A stretch of 51,949 bases of DNA from Octopus bimaculoides (taxonomy: Eukaryota), in NCBI RefSeq assembly GCF_001194135.2, contig NC_068994.1:31743649-31795597 (forward strand). The letters are read 5' to 3'. This document shows, in pieces, positions 46,357-51,949 of this stretch. The position numbers were made by a program, and so were the translations under genes. Under the pieces are notes generated by a model. It was not told the DNA's origin, did not search any database, and was given only the letters and a program-made list of their open reading frames with translations. Within the stretch, counting starts at the first letter, position 1. The number at the start of each line of letters is the position of its first letter.

Positions 46357-47070
46357 ATGGACACAGACTATTATAATATTTCAAACCCACCTGATGATGT
46401 TATAGATATTAGTAATGATGATGAAGTGGAGGAGGAGGAAGAGCCTATTTATAACATCAGTGAAAAGGAGAAAAATAACAGGCAGTCTTCCTTGCATGCA
46501 AACTCTAAACAGACTGAACAGAAAACAAAATCGAAATGGAAATCCACACCTCTCTGTTTGTTCCACTGTGAGTTCTGTGACCAACAGTTTCTGGACAGTG
46601 AATTTCTTGCACTTCATCAAAGGCGTCACCATCCCGTTTCCCAGGTGACCCAAAATGCTGGGGACAGTCCTACAAACCAGGTTGAGATTAAAATTGATGA
46701 CAGCAGCAGTGAGAGTGAGGTGAATGAAGGTGAGCTCTACCACTGTGAAGTTTGTGGCAAGCTGTTTACAGATGCCAGTCTGGTGCAGCAGCATCGCCGG
46801 GCTCATTACGGCGTCAAAGTATTCCAGTGTGATGTTTGCAGCAAAAGCTTTTCTGAGAGGAGTCATCTGTCACGCCACAAACGCACCCACACAGGAGAGA
46901 GACCATTTGGCTGTGATATATGTGGCAAGTATTTTGCTCGCTCAGACAAACTCCTCAGACACAAACGAATACACACGGGAGAGAAACCATATCACTGTGA
47001 AATATGTGGTAAAGTGTTTGGGAGATCCGATAAACTGTTACAACATAAACGAACACATTTCTACTGCTAA
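46357..47070 (+). CDS. ZNF-B: C2H2 zinc-finger protein, 237 aa; acidic N-terminus, 1 isolated plus 4 tandem fingers
   Basis: Intact ORF; fingers CEFC..HQRRH, CEVC..HRRAH, CDVC..HKRTH, CDIC..HKRIH, CEIC..HKRTH with TGERP/TGEKP linkers. Confidence 0.93.
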   Translation: MDTDYYNISNPPDDVIDISNDDEVEEEEEPIYNISEKEKNNRQSSLHANSKQTEQKTKSKWKSTPLCLFHCEFCDQQFLDSEFLALHQRRHHPVSQVTQNAGDSPTNQVEIKIDDSSSESEVNEGELYHCEVCGKLFTDASLVQQHRRAHYGVKVFQCDVCSKSFSERSHLSRHKRTHTGERPFGCDICGKYFARSDKLLRHKRIHTGEKPYHCEICGKVFGRSDKLLQHKRTHFYC

Positions 47071-47750
47071 GAGAGGTGATTGAGACTGTAGAGCATCAGA
47101 CTAGATATTTTAAAGTGTTTAGTTTTGTCTCGCTGCAATCTAAGATCAAATTCTATCAAAGTTCATATACACAATTATATTTTATACTTTACAGCAAAGG
47201 TGGGGACCTTTCTAGTAGCAAAGGTGAATTACAAGTACATACGAACCTGCTGAGAGCAGATATGTCCTCAGAAAAATAATGAAGCTTTATTTTATGCATG
47301 CAATCACACTAAGTAACATTAATTAAATTGCAATAATGTATTAATTAACCAGTGATAATGATTTAAATCCTATAAAACCAGTGTATAATGTTTATGGTTT
47401 AATGAAGTTTCTTGCCTTTCATTATGATGAAAAATTTAGTTCTGTTTATTATTGGAAATATCAAGGCAGCTAGATGTGACAATTCTTAAACTTGTATGCA
47501 AGATTACTGAAAGTCTTGCAGCAAGTGGTGCTTGGCTAAATTTGAGAAAAACTGTTTATGTCAATAAGTGTAGGAAAAAGATGCAACTTACAATTAGGGA
47601 TTTTAATTAAAAGTGAATATTTTTCAGTATCTATACAAGATTTATATTGGGTTATCAGATAAATTCATTCACTTTTTTTTTTCTATTTATTTAAATTATT
47701 TTCTTTCATCAACGATTTTAACAAATCAGTCAATAGTATATTTGCCTTCA

Positions 47751-48850
47751 GGTGCAATAAACACTGTAAACAAACAGGAAACAACTTCTATCTCATTCCA
47801 GGGAGAAAAACTAGAGGTAGTTAATAGCTTCCGCTATCTGGGTGACCAAGTTAGTAGTGGGGGTGGGTGCGCTGAAAGTGTAACTACTAGAATAAGAATA
47901 GCCTGGGCCAAGTTTAGAGAGCTCTTACCTCTGCTGGCGACAAAGGGACTCTCACTCAGAGTAAAAGGCAAACTGTATGACGCATGTGTACGAACAGCCA
48001 TGCTACATGGCAGTGAAACATGGGCTGTGACTGCTGAGGACATGCGTAAGCTCGCAAGGAATGAATCCAGTATGCTCCGCTGGATGTNNNNNNNNNNNNN
48101 NNNNNNNNNNNNNNNNNNNNNNNNNNNNNNNNNNNNNNNNNNNNNNNNNNNNNNNNNNNNNNNNNNNNNNNNNNNNNNNNNNNNNNNNNNNNNNNNNNNN
48201 NNNNNNNNNNNNNNNNNNNNNNNNNNNNNNNNNNNNNNNNNNNNNNNNNNNNNNNNNNNNNNNNNNNNNNNNNNNNNNNNNNNNNNNNNNNNNNNNNNNN
48301 NNNNNNNNNNNNNNNNNNNNNNNNNNNNNNNNNNNNNNNNNNNNNNNNNNNNNNNNNNNNNNNNNNNNNNNNNNNNNNNNNNNNNNNNNNNNNNNNNNNN
48401 NNNNNNNNNNNNNNNNNNNNNNNNNNNNNNNNNNNNNNNNNNNNNNNNNNNNNNNNNNNNNNNNNNNNNNNNNNNNNNNNNNNNNNNNNNNNNNNNNNNN
48501 NNNNNNNNNNNNGCACATAAGATGTACCATCCTGAGCGTGACCGTTGCCAGTACCGCCTGACTGGCCTTGTAGGGTTTTCGAGCGAGATCGTTGCCAGTG
48601 CCCCTGGACTGGCTCTTGTGCGGGTGGCACATAAAAGACACCATTTCGAGCGTGGCTGTTTTCGTGCGGGTGACACGTAAAAGCACCCACTACACTCTCT
48701 GAGTGGTTGGCGTTAGGAAGGGCATCCAGCTGTAGAAACTCTGCCAAATTAGATTGGAGCCTGGTGTAGCCATCCGGTTGCACCAGTCCTCAGTCAAATC
48801 GTCCAACCCATGCTAGCATGGAAAGCGGACGTTAAACGATGATGATGATG
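47751..48850 (+). mobile_element. 5'-truncated young RTE LINE
   Basis: LEVVNSFRYLGDQVSSGGG..RIRIAWAKFRELLPLL..LYDACVRTAMLHGSETWA; 3' UTR and (GAT)n tail; coding part still open. Confidence 0.93.
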
Positions 48851-49790
48851 TTCATGATTTCTTGCCAATGTTCCACTATCTTGTTAATGCCTTGACAGTA
48901 TAAACCACTGGGTTTTGATCCAAAGAATTCATTGAGCTGCATTTTTGGCTCCATGTCATTGTCGAACAAAACGTGTCACAGACTATTGGAGAGCAACAGA
49001 AAAAAGTGATGATCTGAAGTCGCTATGTCAGGAAAATATGGTGGATGCAGTAGAACTTCCCAACCACTTTGCATATTTGGTTGAAGTAGGGATGTGGAGG
49101 CAAAAGATGTGTTGAAGAAGCATGCCATGTTGATTACCTTGTTGAGCCAGTGCATTTTTGAACATAAAAAGCTCTGCATTGACTGTGTGGTTGTTTTCCA
49201 GCATTTTGTAGTGGATTGGCCCTTCCTAGTCCTACAGACGCAGGTCAATGGCTTGGCTTGAGATGTTTCAACCATTCATTCTTCTGCTTCATATTGACAT
49301 AAAGACACTATTTTTCATTGCTGGTGATGATGTGGTAAAGAAATCACTGTTTGTGTCCACAAGTAGCCTAGTGTCAAGGAAGCAAACTGGTGGTGATAAA
49401 GGAGCACTGCAGTTTGTTTCTTTCATTCAGAGCATGTGGGCCCATACACTGAGTATTTGCACCTCACCCATCTAGTGAAGGTGACGGGCGAGGGTATCAT
49501 GAGAGCATCCCATCTGCTGGGCTAATTTGCTAGTGGAATGGCATGGATTCTCATGGATGATCCTCCTGATCTGAACAGGTTAGCTGGATTGTGAAGAACC
49601 CAAGAGGTCAAAGTACATCTTGAATCACGAAAATCATTTCTGTGTAGTTCTTTTAATAATAGCACATTCTCTGTACACAACACAAATGTCTCAAATGGTT
49701 TTGAAGCTTTGGAACCTTGATTGAAAGCAAAGAGAAGCAGGTGTCAAGAATGCTCATCTTCTACTTAGCACTCCTTTGTCATATGTCTGA
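48851..49790 (-). mobile_element. Decayed mariner transposase remnant
   Basis: FLYHIITSNEK, GWEVLLHPPYFPDIATSDHHFF, EFFGSKP..QGINKIVEHW. Confidence 0.8.
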
Positions 49791-50071
49791 AAAGGGGTAA
49801 AATTTATTCAAATTTCAAAAATGGTAAAAGCTATAGAGGAAGAAGAGCTACAAAAATAGAAACCTTAAAACACTTTGATAAAAATGTTTCCGTGTTAATT
49901 GAAATAACATTGGAAAGAAACAAATGAATTTATCTAACAGCCCAGTAAATTTCCCAAATAGATAATCAATTAAATTTAGGTATGAAAGTATTTATTGTTA
50001 TACTTGGGGATGGTCATATTTTGCCAATTAAACACACACTGTACATTTGGCCTTCACTTCAGCTTTATTAC

Positions 50072-50238
50072 TATTATTTTAGTTTCTTTGTCAAAGTTCT
50101 TTTGTCACACATTCTGTGACTTCTTCAGGTCCACAAAATGGAGTGAACAGAACAAGAGGAGACACATGGGATATAGAGTTGCTGAAGAGGTCACAGAATG
50201 TGTGATGAAAGAACTTTGATAAAGAAACTAAAATGATA
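50072..50238. repeat. 57 bp inverted repeat with 53 nt loop (MITE-like hairpin)
   Basis: Arms 50072-50128 and 50182-50238; five non-Watson-Crick pairs, all G-T on the + strand. Confidence 0.9.
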
Positions 50239-51036
50239 ATAACAAGTGGACTCAGAGACCGCAAAACTCTGCCAAGGCAACATCAACGTCCTCTCAACAA
50301 TTAGCCAGAGATGATTTTTTAAATGAGAATATTTGAAATAAACTCGACTGCTTTCACAAATGAGATTACTAAATATGAACCTAACCACTCTCAAAAATTA
50401 AGTAAAAAAAAACAGGAAAAATAATCCAGAATCCTTGTCCGATACTGGATTGATCCCAAAATCTAATCAGTTCATGCCAGTCACAAAGCCAAACATCCCT
50501 GAAAGTTTCATTTGAATCCATCCAGCATTTCTTGAGATATCTTGTCCAGGGACAAACAAACACACAAATAAACACAACTGAAAACAATACCTCTGCCTTC
50601 ACTAAGCCAAAGTGAAGACCAAATATATAGTGTATGTGTTTAATTAGCAAAATATGACTGTCCCTAAGTATAACAGTATTTCTTTCAACACATGATTTCT
50701 TATCAAGAATCCTGCAAACCAAATACATAAATTTATGAAAGTATTATCTTATTTTATGTGAACATGGAATCTCTGGTCACATCTGGCTTGACATCAAAAA
50801 CAGTTTTGCATGTTCATAGTCCAATGTCATGGTTTTATAAATCTTAAAACAGGTTTTAAAACATCCTGTAAAATACTCCATTAGTTCTGGTTTCTGTTCT
50901 TTCAGTGCTTGAAAATGTACCACAGATTGATTTGTTTTTTTCTTTTTTCCTTGCAGTTGAGTTACAAATGGCATAGATTTAGAGTTCCTAGAGACAATAG
51001 GATTATTCAACTCTTCTAATTTTAAACTTAGATGAT

Positions 51037-51172
51037 TTAACCCTTTAGCATTCAGACTGGCCATATCCAGCTCTAAATGTTTTATGTTCAATCTGGCCAG
51101 ATCCAGCCTCTCACACCTACCCTACAATGCCATTCTAACAGTTGTATTTGACAAAATAATCTGAATGTTAAA
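51037..51172. mobile_element. piggyBac-like MITE remnant
   Basis: TTAA then ccctttagcattcag; partial right TIR ctgaatgttaaa lacking the terminal GGG-TTAA. Confidence 0.5.
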
Positions 51173-51695
51173 TCACATCAACGTTTTAGTTCTCTTATAT
51201 TCCACTAGCTGCTAAACCCGGTTTCACCCGGTCTGTTTGGATGATGTGACTGATTGTTTTCAGTTAGGCATAATCTATAACAGCATTTCTCAACCTGATC
51301 ATTTTGTGTCCTGTTTCGATTGGAGCCTCCAGCTGTATGAAGATTTCACCCCCTCCTGTCAGAAAATGGCTTCAGGAGTTGTGAAGAAAGAATTTGTACG
51401 TAGTCTGTTTGTGAGAGCTATTCTATTGAACATCTGTCTAATCATTAAAAGATTTATTTAATTATGAACATAGGAAGAAATTATACATTAATCGCAATGT
51501 TTGTAAGCAGTTTTATCCGTAAAAATTTTATTTGCAGAGAGCAGAAATTGAAAGATATGTGAAATGGATGTGCGTGTGTGTGTATGTGAGAGAGAAAGAG
51601 GGTAAGAAAGAGAGAACGAGTAAGTGAATTTGTGTGTCATTGACTTACGTTGGCTGGCACAGCAAGTACGAAGCTTTTGAGGCGCAGAAATTGAT

Positions 51696-51900
51696 ACATA
51701 CCTGTTGAAGATTAAAATGTATGTAAGAGCTATTGTTTTCGACGCGTGTATAATCATAGAGAAACTGAAAGACATGAAATGTCCATTTGTGTGTGTATGT
51801 ATGTGTATTTTTGGCGGGATTTTTTGGCCGGACAAGTAAAAAGGAAAGGCGATCTTTTGAAGTGGGCGTTGAATGAAGAGACATGAGCAGTTTTATGACT
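51696..51900 (-). promoter_or_regulatory. Candidate first exon and promoter of a minus-strand gene starting near the window end
   Basis: CAG|GTATGT donor on - strand (51702/51701); CpG-rich; E2F-like ttttggcggga near 51810. Confidence 0.35.
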
Positions 51901-51949
51901 GAACTTCTTTTGAAGTTGTGGTGAGAGGGGAGAATTGATGTGCGTGCGT

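Noticed and set aside
46381-46866. 161 aa antisense ORF, and similar shadows at 23728-23910 and 29905-30219
   Set aside because: Antisense shadows of ZNF or PLE coding sequence with no recognisable domain
47613-47750. N-terminal part of the 355 aa ORF as a host-RTE fusion gene
   Set aside because: AT-rich flank that happens to be open and in frame with a truncated RTE; no splice or promoter support
5675-48783. Long ORFs in the track containing X runs
   Set aside because: Open only because N gaps contain no stop codons
50400-50625. Repeat-like segment resembling a non-autonomous DNA element
   Set aside because: Single copy in the window, termini degraded, family not assignable

Overview
AT-rich, gapped animal genomic DNA with many microsatellites. 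The repeat landscape (tRNA-headed SINEs, RTE/Penelope/R4 retroelements, mariners) and two KRAB-less C2H2 zinc-finger genes suggest a coleoid cephalopod, probably Octopus; this is an inference. Only two intact protein-coding ORFs are supported, both on the + strand and each within one coding exon. ZNF-A (23679-25385) has 10 fingers plus one Cys-less relic finger. ZNF-B (46357-47070) has 5 fingers. Each appears to have a non-coding first exon in an upstream CpG-rich block. The rest is mostly transposon debris (RTE, R4/Dong, CR1/L2-like and Penelope-like retroelements, DD37D and mariner transposons, several MITEs, at least four SINE families), often nested, plus several long inverted repeats. There are no prokaryotic features, CRISPR array, rRNA or true tRNA gene. 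The best 'new system' candidate is a hypothesis only. ZNF-A has near-identical, Arg-free recognition helices kept despite synonymous divergence, as expected of a simple-repeat reader, and carries tandem PPxY motifs and an Fbw7-type degron. ZNF-B carries clustered SIM-like motifs and GGG-type fingers. Together they could represent KRAB-independent ZNF control of repeats. Two hammerhead-like motifs and several foldback hairpins also merit checks. Repeat boundaries were read by eye, and are approximate unless a TSD or TIR is quoted. Family names come from motif recognition, not database searches.
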